Below are positions 47,983 through 56,122 of a stretch of DNA of 64,000 nt, in pieces. The position numbers were made by a program, and so were the translations under genes. Within the stretch, counting starts at the first letter, position 1, and every line of letters starts with the position of its first letter. Source of the stretch: an uncultured Halobacteriales archaeon (GTDB lineage: Archaea > Thermoplasmatota > E2 > JACPAO01); assembly GCA_964408365.1 (NCBI GenBank), contig CAYOZB010000001.1, forward strand, positions 2,157 through 66,156, given 5' to 3'. The notes under the pieces are model-generated. The model saw only the letters and a program-made list of their open reading frames with translations, was not told the DNA's origin and did not search any database.

Positions 47983-49539
47983 ATGAACCGAGCGTGCCTC
48001 CCGTCGATTTGCCTTCTCCTGCTGGCCGCGTTGGCCGGGTGCGCGTCGACCCAGCCCGAATCGCCAACCATGTCCGGCGATGGCCTGGGTGCCGGCACGC
48101 CTCCCGACGGGCCGGGAGTCGTGTTCTTGAAGCCGCCGACCGAGAGGCCTCTAAAGTTCCACTTCGACCTCCATCTCACCGCGGCGCCTTTTCCGCTTGA
48201 TTGCGGCCCGTCCACTCCGGGCACCTGCCGGGAGTACCTGACCGGCTCCGCCAACCTCAGTGGGGACGTCGTCGGGAACGCCGTGGACTCAGGATTCCTC
48301 TATTGGGAATCGGGATCCCGGTTCAACGCCCGGGAATGGTTTCGCGTGACCGCCGACGTGGCCGGGTGCGGCTCGGGGACTTTCACGCTCGCCAACATCG
48401 GCACTGGCGCGCTCGAGCCCGACGCCGGCGGCGTCATCCACATCCTGGCGGACCTCCACCTTGTCGCCGGCTCGACGTCCACGGGCCTCGTCGGCCTCGT
48501 CGCGATGAACGTCACCGGGGACTGGCGTTTGAACGGCCAGTTCGGCTCCGGCGACCTGGCCGGGACGATCTCGTGCGCCGAAGTCGTTAACGACGAAAAG
48601 GCGAAGGCCGTCGGGCCCGGGGAGCAGGCTTTCAAGTTCCACTTCGACGCGCACCTAACGTTCGCCCCGTACCCTGTCGATTGCGCCGCCGCCAAAACCT
48701 GGGTGTGCGACGAGTACTGGACCGGCAACGTGAATCTCACGGGCGGCCTCGTGGGGACCGCGTCCCTCTCGGGCCACGTCCACCACAAAGGCGGCGCCGT
48801 TGTCTGGGCGCAGGAATACTACCGGTTCAGTGGCACCGTCGCCGGTTGCGGTTCCGGCTCTTTCAGCATGGTCCTCAACGGGACCGTGACCGCGGAGGCC
48901 AACCCGGCGGGTATCAGCCACTTGATGGCACGCGCCGACCTCGTGCCCGGCTCCACATCGACGGGCCTTGCGGGGCTCATGCGCCTGCACGCGCTGGGCG
49001 ACTGGCGGCAGAGCGGCCAGTTCGGGTCCGGGGACCTTGAGGGCACCGTTTCCTGCTCCGACGTGAAGGCCCCCGGCAAGGACGCGGCGCATGCTGCCCG
49101 CGAGCGCCCTCTCAAATTCCACTTCGACGCCCACATCACCCTCGCGCCGGATCCCGTCGACTGCAACGCTGCGCGCGCCTGGGTCTGCGACGAATATTGG
49201 ACGGGCAACGCTGAGATGAGCGGGGGACTCGTCGGCAACGCCATCCTCCAAGGCCATGTCCACTACGACGCCGGCACCCGCGCCTGGGCCCGCGAATCCT
49301 ACGAGTTCAGCGGCCAGGTGCTGGACTGCGGCTCCGGCGCGTTCACCCTTACAGTACCTGGAGCCGGCACCGTCGAGCCCAACACAGGCGGCGTCCTCCA
49401 CCTCCAGGCCGCGGTCGACCTTGTGTCCGGCTCGACCTCCACCGGCCTCTCGAGCCTCGCAAGCATCCACGGGAAGGCAGACATTCGTCTCACGGGACAA
49501 TTCGGTTCCGGCGACGTCGAAGTCACCGTCGCCTGTTAG
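47983..49539 (+). CDS. Lipoprotein with three tandem DUF3224-like repeats (paralog of 43391-45049)
   Basis: LAGC lipobox; three copies of KFHFDxH..C..CxEY..GCGSGxF..GSTSTGL..GQFGSGD..C. Confidence 0.82.
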   Translation: MNRACLPSICLLLLAALAGCASTQPESPTMSGDGLGAGTPPDGPGVVFLKPPTERPLKFHFDLHLTAAPFPLDCGPSTPGTCREYLTGSANLSGDVVGNAVDSGFLYWESGSRFNAREWFRVTADVAGCGSGTFTLANIGTGALEPDAGGVIHILADLHLVAGSTSTGLVGLVAMNVTGDWRLNGQFGSGDLAGTISCAEVVNDEKAKAVGPGEQAFKFHFDAHLTFAPYPVDCAAAKTWVCDEYWTGNVNLTGGLVGTASLSGHVHHKGGAVVWAQEYYRFSGTVAGCGSGSFSMVLNGTVTAEANPAGISHLMARADLVPGSTSTGLAGLMRLHALGDWRQSGQFGSGDLEGTVSCSDVKAPGKDAAHAARERPLKFHFDAHITLAPDPVDCNAARAWVCDEYWTGNAEMSGGLVGNAILQGHVHYDAGTRAWARESYEFSGQVLDCGSGAFTLTVPGAGTVEPNTGGVLHLQAAVDLVSGSTSTGLSSLASIHGKADIRLTGQFGSGDVEVTVAC

Positions 49540-49810
49540 CAACGGGTGCCTTGCTTGGCCGGTGGGGCAAGGGACCGCCATCTCGAATCGTGCTTCCCGC
49601 GCCCTTGGCTGTTAGGCATGTGGCTGGCGCCCCTGAACCGCCACAGAGAACGCGCCGAAACGGCTAGGATTGCACTTTGTGGGAACCAACGCCGAAACTT
49701 GTTGATGGGTTTTACCGGGCGCCGGCGCGTCGCTGCGTGCCGCGCCGCGACGACAAGCGGCGCCGCGGTCAGGTCACCGACTGCGGCTCCGCGTCCATCA
49801 CCTTCTACCC

Positions 49811-49852
49811 TTGTTCTCAGCCAATCACCGTTTCCGGGCTGGGCTACCCCAT
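49811..49852 (-). pseudogene. 5' half of a tRNA-Leu(GAG)-like gene (copy B), truncated after the anticodon loop
   Basis: ATGGGGTAGCCCAGCCCGGAAACGGTGATTGGCTGAGAACAA resembles 43120-43163; no V arm, T arm or 3' acceptor strand. Confidence 0.7.
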
Positions 49853-49888
49853 AGAATTTTCTTTTCCTTGGGCAGCACTATCATGGCC

Positions 49889-49970
49889 GGACGCCTGAGG
49901 TCCACTTTGTTCAGCCGTCTCAGCGGCTGGGCCACTCGGGGGTCTTCGGACCCCCGAACCCTCCTTTTCT
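49889..49970. repeat. tRNA-associated hairpin module, copy B'
   Basis: GGAC..GTCC, CAGCCG-6nt-CGGCTG, GGGGGTC-TTCG-GACCCCC and a T-rich tract. Confidence 0.85.
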
Positions 49971-49996
49971 GCCTCCCCTTCCACGATGTGGAGAGG

Positions 49997-50084
49997 CGTG
50001 GGGGGCGGGATTTGAACCCGCGAGGACTGCCACATCCAACTTGGTCCTCAGCCAAGCGCCGTAACCGGTCTGGGCCACCCCCAC
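49997..50084 (-). tRNA. Atypical tRNA-Leu(GAG)-like gene (copy A)
   Basis: Full 7/5 cloverleaf: GTGGGGG/CCCCCAC, D stem GCC/GGC, CTTGG CTGAGGA CCAAG, V arm GGAT..GTCC, GCGGG TTCAAAT CCCGC; discriminator G. Confidence 0.82.
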
Positions 50085-50124
50085 ATCGAAATTGTTATTG
50101 CCTTTCCTCACGTAGTGGTCGTGA

Positions 50125-50228
50125 GGACTGCCAGATCCGACTGTGTTCAGCCGTCTCAGCGGCTGGGCCGCTCGGGGGTCGTCGGACCCCCGAACCCTTT
50201 CCTTTTCTGGTTCCCACGTTTGCGTGAC
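50125..50228. repeat. tRNA-associated hairpin module, copy A'
   Basis: Same three hairpins (loop GTCG), T-rich tract and CCACGTTTGCGTGAC tail as copy C'. Confidence 0.85.
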
Positions 50229-50290
50229 GCTGTGAGCAAAGCCTAAACCGCGCTGCGCCTTCGGCCGCGCCCACCGAGGCGACGCGTCCC

Positions 50291-51475
50291 ATGGATCTCC
50301 AACTCACCGAAGACCAGAAACTCCTCCGACAGACGGTTCGGCAGTTCGTCGACGACGAGATCAAGCCCCACGTCCGCCAGTGGGAAATCAAAGGCGAGGT
50401 CCCGGACTCGATCTACAAACGCATGGCGGACCAGGGCTTCATGGGCGCCCCGATCCCGGAAGAATACGGCGGCGCCGGCCTTGACCCCGTCTCCTACGCG
50501 ATCCTGACGGAGGAACTCGCGAAAGGTTGCTCCTCATTGCGCACCTCGTTGAGCGTCAATGCGAGCCTTGCGGGGATGACGCTCCTCAAGTTCGGCTCGG
50601 AGGCCCAGAAGGAGAAATGGCTTCGGCCGATCGCGAGCGGGAAAAAGATGGGCGCATGGGCGCTCACGGAAGCGGGTTCTGGTTCCGACGCGGCGGCGAT
50701 GAAGACGCGTGCGGTCCGACGAAGCAAGGACTACGTGGTCAACGGTTCCAAGATGTGGATCAGCAACGGCGCCAAGGCCGACGAGGTCGTCCTGTTCGCG
50801 TCGACGGATCCCAAAAAACGCCACGAAGGCATCTCCACGTTCATCGTCGCGAAGGGCCACAAAGGGTTCCGACCCGGCACCATCGAGACGACCAACAAAC
50901 TCGGGTTGCGCAGTTCCCCGACGGCGGAACTGATCTTCGAAGACTGCTCGTTGCCGGAGGATCAACGGATCGGGAAGGAAGGCCAAGGGTGGGAGATCGC
51001 CATGTACGTGCTCAACAACGGCCGCCTCTCCGTTGCGGCGGGCGCGGTCGGGATCGCGCAGGCGGCGTTCGAGGCGTCGCAGGATTATGTGAAGAAACGC
51101 ACCGCGTTCGAGAAACCGATCGGAAGTTTCCAACTTGTGAAAGCGAAGATCGCCGACATGGCGACGCAGATCGAAGCGGGGCGGCTCCTCGTGTGGAACG
51201 CCGCATTGATGAAGCAACGGTACGAGAACAAGGACTGCACGTTCGACGAGTGGACGCTCGCGGTCTCCAAGGCCAAACTGTTCACTGCGGAGATGTGCGT
51301 GAAGGTCGCGGAGGAAGCGATTCAGATCCATGGAGCGAACGGGTACACGAACGAGTACCCGGTGGAGCGGTATTGGCGGGACGCCAAGATCTGCGGCATC
51401 TACGAGGGGACCAATGAGATCCAACGGCTCATCATCGCGCGGCACGTATTGGGGAAAGAGTTCAGCGCGACGTGA
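50291..51475 (+). CDS. Acyl-CoA dehydrogenase
   Basis: [35 protein letters not shown] and [10 protein letters not shown] motifs. Confidence 0.95.
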   Translation: MDLQLTEDQKLLRQTVRQFVDDEIKPHVRQWEIKGEVPDSIYKRMADQGFMGAPIPEEYGGAGLDPVSYAILTEELAKGCSSLRTSLSVNASLAGMTLLKFGSEAQKEKWLRPIASGKKMGAWALTEAGSGSDAAAMKTRAVRRSKDYVVNGSKMWISNGAKADEVVLFASTDPKKRHEGISTFIVAKGHKGFRPGTIETTNKLGLRSSPTAELIFEDCSLPEDQRIGKEGQGWEIAMYVLNNGRLSVAAGAVGIAQAAFEASQDYVKKRTAFEKPIGSFQLVKAKIADMATQIEAGRLLVWNAALMKQRYENKDCTFDEWTLAVSKAKLFTAEMCVKVAEEAIQIHGANGYTNEYPVERYWRDAKICGIYEGTNEIQRLIIARHVLGKEFSAT

Positions 51476-51484
51476 CGCGACGTT

Positions 51485-52750
51485 CTACGTCGCCTTGCCG
51501 CGCGAAACCTGACGGGGCGCGCGCATCGACGTCGGACGGATCCCGGCGACGAGTTGTTCGACCGCGTTGGCGAAATCGTCGATCTCTTCTTTCCGGTTGT
51601 AGAAGTAGAAACTGGCGCGGACCCAGCCGTCGATGCCCCGGCGTGCAAAATAGGAGGTCACGCAGTGGGCGCCGCTACGCACCGCGACGTTTTTGGCCTG
51701 GTCCAAGTACAAGGCGACGTCGTGCGGACCCAGGCCGTCGACGTTGAACGGCAAGATGCTGCCGCGGTTGGCGGCGGACGGACCGTAGAGGGTCACGCCA
51801 TCGATCTCGCTCAACCGTTTCGTCGCGTGCGCGTTGAGCATGCGGTCGCGCGACTGGATCCAGTCACGTCCCACCTTGTCGAGGAACTCGAGCGCGGCCG
51901 GGAACGCGGCGAGGGCCGCATAGTTCTGAAGCCCTGCCTCGAACCGCATCGGCACGTCGTGCATTTCGAACGATTCGCCTTTGACCGTGTTGACTGCCCC
52001 GCCGCCGTAGATGAGAGGGTCGAGCCCATCGAGTGCCTCCGTGGTTCCCCAAAGGAATCCGAGGCCGCTGGGTCCGAGCATTTTGTGTGCGCTGGCGGCG
52101 ACAAAGTCGGCGCCAAGAAGCCGCACGTCGACGGGTTGGTGGGGAATGGATTGGGCGCAGTCGAGAAGGAGGAGGGCGTCCTGTTCGTGGGCGATGTCTG
52201 CCACCTGTTTCGCGGGGATCTGAGCTCCATCCGCGTTGGACACGTGGACCATGCTCACAAGGCGGAGTTTTGCGCCTGCTGTTTTCACAGCTTTCTCGTA
52301 GGCCCGTTCGTCGAAACTGCCGTCCGCGGCGCTGGCAACGGCCACGACGTTGACCCCGAGACGTTTTCGTAGTTGAAGCCAAGGGATCCAGTTGCTGTTG
52401 TGCTCCTTGTCGGTGGTGAGGACGACGTCGCCGCGCGAGAGTCCCAGACCGTTGGCGACGATGTTGATGGCTTCGGTCGCGCTCTTCGTGAACACGATTT
52501 CTTGAGAAACACGGGCTCCGACGAAGGCTGCCACGCGTCGACGGGCGGCTTCCACTTGGCCGGACACCGCTTCGCCCAACCGGTGGACGCTTCGCCCGCC
52601 GCAGACCGGCGTGTCGCGGTAATACGCAACGGTAGCGTCGATCACCGATTGGGGCTTGAGGCTCGTGCAAGCATTGTCGAAATAGATCGGCCGCTGCTTG
52701 GCCCCCACGTTCAGGATCGGGAACTCTTTCCGGATCCGTTCAATGTCCAC
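51485..52750 (-). CDS. sufS: Cysteine desulfurase, group II (SufS/Csd-like)
   Basis: YFDNACT, EHNSN, SAHKMLGP and catalytic RSGAHC. Confidence 0.88.
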   Translation of the reverse strand: MDIERIRKEFPILNVGAKQRPIYFDNACTSLKPQSVIDATVAYYRDTPVCGGRSVHRLGEAVSGQVEAARRRVAAFVGARVSQEIVFTKSATEAINIVANGLGLSRGDVVLTTDKEHNSNWIPWLQLRKRLGVNVVAVASAADGSFDERAYEKAVKTAGAKLRLVSMVHVSNADGAQIPAKQVADIAHEQDALLLLDCAQSIPHQPVDVRLLGADFVAASAHKMLGPSGLGFLWGTTEALDGLDPLIYGGGAVNTVKGESFEMHDVPMRFEAGLQNYAALAAFPAALEFLDKVGRDWIQSRDRMLNAHATKRLSEIDGVTLYGPSAANRGSILPFNVDGLGPHDVALYLDQAKNVAVRSGAHCVTSYFARRGIDGWVRASFYFYNRKEEIDDFANAVEQLVAGIRPTSMRAPRQVSRGKAT

Positions 52751-53018
52751 GTCGACTCACCTCGGAGAGGCTCGGCGAAAGATCATCCCAGACCGCTTGC
52801 GCCGCAGCCATGTCGAGGGTCTTGATGAGCACGCGACCGTTCTGGAAGATGGTCGCCTCATGTTCCTTTCGGACGATGAGCATCACGCCCGCGTTTACAC
52901 GCGGCTCCCAGCCACGCTTCTCCAACCGTGGCTCCAATGCGGCCAAGTCAAGATTGAGGTCCCCCTCCGGGATCGCCTCCAGGGCGCGCGTCGTCCGGCA
53001 TGGCTGGATCAGAACCAT
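52740..53018 (-). CDS. Small hypothetical protein (92 aa), reminiscent of a ThiF/MoeB C-terminal extension domain
   Basis: 'MVLIQPC...ATIFQNGRVLIKT.D...A'; overlaps the sufS start. Confidence 0.6.
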   Translation of the reverse strand: MVLIQPCRTTRALEAIPEGDLNLDLAALEPRLEKRGWEPRVNAGVMLIVRKEHEATIFQNGRVLIKTLDMAAAQAVWDDLSPSLSEVSRRGH

Positions 53019-53067
53019 CGGGCCCACGCGACGAGCAAGGCGTTCCGATAAACCTATCGCACGGGGC

Positions 53068-54267
53068 TTAGCGCTTCGCGACCTTGAGTTCCTTGCGCGC
53101 CAGTTCCGTTCCGCGGGCCATGATCTCCATCTTTTTCCGGGAGACCTCCCATGTGCGGGTGCGAAGCCCACAATCCGGGTTGATGTAGATCTTCTCCGGG
53201 TCGCCGCGCATCTTGACCGCGTACAGGATCCGGTCCCGCACGAGCTCGGGCGTCTCCAGGTTGTCCGTGTGCACGTCGAGGACGCCGACACCGACCTCGA
53301 AATCGGTCTTGTGGTCCTTGAACAACTTGATCGTCTCATACCCAGGTCGCTCGCCTTCCTTGACGCCAGTTTCCTGGCTGTCCTTGTTCGCGTATTCGAG
53401 CGTGAACTGGGCGCAGTTCTCGAGCTTCGTGACGGCCGGCCACATCAAACGGTAGTCGCTGAAGCAGATGTGGATCGTGAACCGACCCTTCAAGCCCTTC
53501 ACGGACTCGTTGAACGTGTCCACGACGAGATCCACCTCGTCCGGACGCGTGATGGCGGCGGGTTCGTCGATCTGGATCGAATGCGCGCCCGCGTCGACCA
53601 GGGCTTTGATGTTGGGCCGCAACACGTTCTTCGCGAGATCGATACCGAAGTGTCGACGGGCCTCGTCGAGCACTTCGCGTCGTCGTCGGCCGTTCTGCTT
53701 GACCTTGCCGATGTAGTACTCGTCGAAGCTCCAATCCATCAACGTGTACGCGCCCGTGATTGGGATCTTCACCGGCTTCGTGGCGTACTTCTTGATGATC
53801 TTGAGTTCCTCGTTGTGGTAGAACTCTGTGGGCTTGACCGGACCCACGACGGCCTGTTTGAGGTAATACCGGTTGTCGAAGCTCCGCACATAGCCGCGGG
53901 GTTCGAAGTTCTGGATGTGCTTGACCGCGTAATCGTACATCTCGGTACGGTGCTGTTCCCCATCGTAGACGATGTCGAGACCGATCTTCTCTTGCCAACC
54001 GATGGCAAGGGCGGAGGCGAATTCTTTCACCTCTTGCTTCTCCTTCGGCTCGAGTCCCTGCTTCTTCAGAAGCTGCAGCAGGCGGTCGCCGTCCTTGAGT
54101 CGGAGTTCCTTCACCAAGGACTCGGCTTCCTTGTAGGCGGCCGGGGCGACCGGTTTTCCGGACAGCGCTTGGATGCGCCAGACCGGTTTTGCGAGGCTTC
54201 CGATCTCTTGGAGCGGGAAAAGGGGCAACGTCTGGGCGCCGGCGCCGGTCTTGACGGTCGGGCTCAT
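53068..54267 (-). CDS. metE: Cobalamin-independent methionine synthase, catalytic half (split MetE)
   Basis: IGS, DGEQ.R, TGAYT, IQIDEPA; zinc ligands HIC, E and NPDCG. Confidence 0.92.
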   Translation of the reverse strand: MSPTVKTGAGAQTLPLFPLQEIGSLAKPVWRIQALSGKPVAPAAYKEAESLVKELRLKDGDRLLQLLKKQGLEPKEKQEVKEFASALAIGWQEKIGLDIVYDGEQHRTEMYDYAVKHIQNFEPRGYVRSFDNRYYLKQAVVGPVKPTEFYHNEELKIIKKYATKPVKIPITGAYTLMDWSFDEYYIGKVKQNGRRRREVLDEARRHFGIDLAKNVLRPNIKALVDAGAHSIQIDEPAAITRPDEVDLVVDTFNESVKGLKGRFTIHICFSDYRLMWPAVTKLENCAQFTLEYANKDSQETGVKEGERPGYETIKLFKDHKTDFEVGVGVLDVHTDNLETPELVRDRILYAVKMRGDPEKIYINPDCGLRTRTWEVSRKKMEIMARGTELARKELKVAKR

Positions 54268-55217
54268 GCCGTCACCGCCTTTTTGGAACGGACCGATGCA
54301 AGGGCTTCGAGTTTCCGCACAGCGACGTCGGCGGGAACGAACTCCAGGTCCCAGGTGTGGGTGACCCACAGCGCGGCGGGTTTCAACTTGTTCCGGATCC
54401 GGCCGACGAGTTCATCCAGTTCCGCGGGGGTCTCGAGGTGGCTTTCGCGGCCATTGACGACCTGAGCCTGGAGTTTCTTGCCTTGGAGGCGGGGCGGGAG
54501 TTTTTCGGGCAATGTTTCGATGAAATCGATCCCCAGCACATCGACCGGGACGGTCTGCAGGAACGAGTGATGGCGCGCGGCGTCGCCGTTCGTGAAATTT
54601 CCGACCGTGGTCCCCTTGACGCCAGTCGTGGCTTCGGCGAGGAGTTCGTTGCAGAAGCCGACGTCAGGGACTTTTTCGTAGAGCAAGGCGGGTTCTTGGA
54701 ACTGGATCGTCTGGTAGCCATCGACGGCGAGTTGCTTCGCGGCGTCGTTGAGCACGCCGGCGAGTGCGTGGCCGAGCTTGGCTTCGTCCTTGAAGTGGTG
54801 GTCGAGGGTGGCGCGCGTGAACCAGTAGGGCGAGGGGAGGATGGCTTTCCAAGTGCCCTTCTTGGTCTGAGCTGATGAAGGCAACGCGGCGCGGAGCTTG
54901 GCGTAATCGAGTTTCGGCGCGTCGTGGAGGATGGGTTGCCGGAAGAACCGGTTCGTCTCGAAGAGCCGCGTGACGCCGCCGACCTCGAAGCCTGTGGTTG
55001 CTTCGACGATGCCGCGGAACTGGTCTTGCCAGTTCAGGAGTCCGTCGAAGAGCGGGGTGAATCCGAGTCGCGCTTGCAGTTCGACGAGTTCGTTCGTGGC
55101 GTCCGCCTGGAGTTTGGTGAGTTCCTCTTTCTTGAGGAGTCCCTTGTCGGCGTTCCAAGTGCCTTTGACGAGTTCTTCGCGGCGTGGGTAGATGCCGCCG
55201 AGCGTTGCTTCTGTCAT
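54264..55217 (-). CDS. MetE N-terminal-like half (split MetE, non-catalytic subunit)
   Basis: GIYPR, DG..W.D, RLFETNRFFRQP and QFQEP; no zinc ligands. Confidence 0.82.
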   Translation of the reverse strand: MTEATLGGIYPRREELVKGTWNADKGLLKKEELTKLQADATNELVELQARLGFTPLFDGLLNWQDQFRGIVEATTGFEVGGVTRLFETNRFFRQPILHDAPKLDYAKLRAALPSSAQTKKGTWKAILPSPYWFTRATLDHHFKDEAKLGHALAGVLNDAAKQLAVDGYQTIQFQEPALLYEKVPDVGFCNELLAEATTGVKGTTVGNFTNGDAARHHSFLQTVPVDVLGIDFIETLPEKLPPRLQGKKLQAQVVNGRESHLETPAELDELVGRIRNKLKPAALWVTHTWDLEFVPADVAVRKLEALASVRSKKAVTA

Positions 55218-56122
55218 CGTTTTTCCTCGAGGGGTTTGACCAAGGGCGGAGAGCTCCGCTTGCCGCGCAGTTCGGAGAGCAGACGCAGGACCTGCTCCTC
55301 GTTGGGGTTGATCGGCATGAGGTGAAGCCCGTTGTAGCGACCCTTGATGGCGTCGCGCAGTTCCAGGACGAGTCGGTTGGCCTCGGTGGCGAAATCTGTG
55401 GCGGCGGCCAATCGTTTTTCGAGGCGTTCCGTCACCTCGATGCCCGGGATGGTCTTGAGCGTGGCGAGGACCTTCTGGTTCTTGAGCGGAACGGTCCCGA
55501 GAAGCACCGGAAGTTCGGCTTGGTATCGTCGCACGGTCGGAGAGTCGAGGGTGGCGGGGTCGAGGATGATCTGCGTCTGGAAGAAGTCCGCTCCACCGTC
55601 GATCTTTTTCTTGAACGTCTCGAACCCATCGGGGCGCGTGTCCGTGAGGGTCACCGCGGCGCCGATGCTGAACGAAGTCGGAGGCTTGATCTCTTTTCCG
55701 ACGCGGTCGCGTCCTTCGTTGAGTCCGCGCACCAGTTCGATCAGTTGGTTCGCGTAGAGCTCGTACACACCCTTGGCGTCCGGGTGGTCGCCGATCTTCA
55801 TCGGGTCGCCGGTGAGCGCGAACACGTTCCGGATGCCTTGGAACGAGAATCCCAAGAGTTCGCTCTGAAGCGCGAGGACGTTTCGGTCGCGGCCCGTGAT
55901 ATGAGGAATCGTGGCGACGTTCGTTTGGTTCTGGATCGCCGCGGCGAGCGGTCCAGGCGACATGCGCAGGCTCGACATCGGATTGTCAGTGAGGTTGAAT
56001 GCGTCGACGAAGGGCGCGACGGTCTTCGCGTGCGTCAACACGCTCGTCGCATCGCTGCTTCGCGGCGGGTTCAGTTCATAGGTGAGCGTGAAGTTTGGTT
56101 TGAGGAACTTGGGTTTGACCAT
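55214..56122 (-). CDS. metF: Methylenetetrahydrofolate reductase
   Basis: ELNPP, TDNP, H.T.RDRN, LTGDP and GADFFQTQ; GGAGGTGA SD. Confidence 0.9.
   Translation of the reverse strand: MVKPKFLKPNFTLTYELNPPRSSDATSVLTHAKTVAPFVDAFNLTDNPMSSLRMSPGPLAAAIQNQTNVATIPHITGRDRNVLALQSELLGFSFQGIRNVFALTGDPMKIGDHPDAKGVYELYANQLIELVRGLNEGRDRVGKEIKPPTSFSIGAAVTLTDTRPDGFETFKKKIDGGADFFQTQIILDPATLDSPTVRRYQAELPVLLGTVPLKNQKVLATLKTIPGIEVTERLEKRLAAATDFATEANRLVLELRDAIKGRYNGLHLMPINPNEEQVLRLLSELRGKRSSPPLVKPLEEKR

Noticed and set aside
49889..49970. TPP riboswitch suggested by GGGG...GCTGAGA
   Set aside because: The downstream CUGAU...AAU...GCGUAGG elements are missing, and no thiamine gene follows.
49811..50228. CRISPR array
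   Set aside because: Units are long and degenerate, with no identical short repeats separated by unique equal-length spacers, and no cas genes are visible.
39000..50228. Intact integrative element or provirus
   Set aside because: No integrase, transposase, replication or virion genes are recognisable, and the flanking repeats are diverged rather than identical att sites.
52810..54465. Long antisense or alternate-frame ORFs (also 15335-16747, 16798-18090, 30697-32298, 57007-58404 and others)
   Set aside because: These are shadow ORFs expected in high-GC DNA. They overlap well-supported genes and have no motifs.
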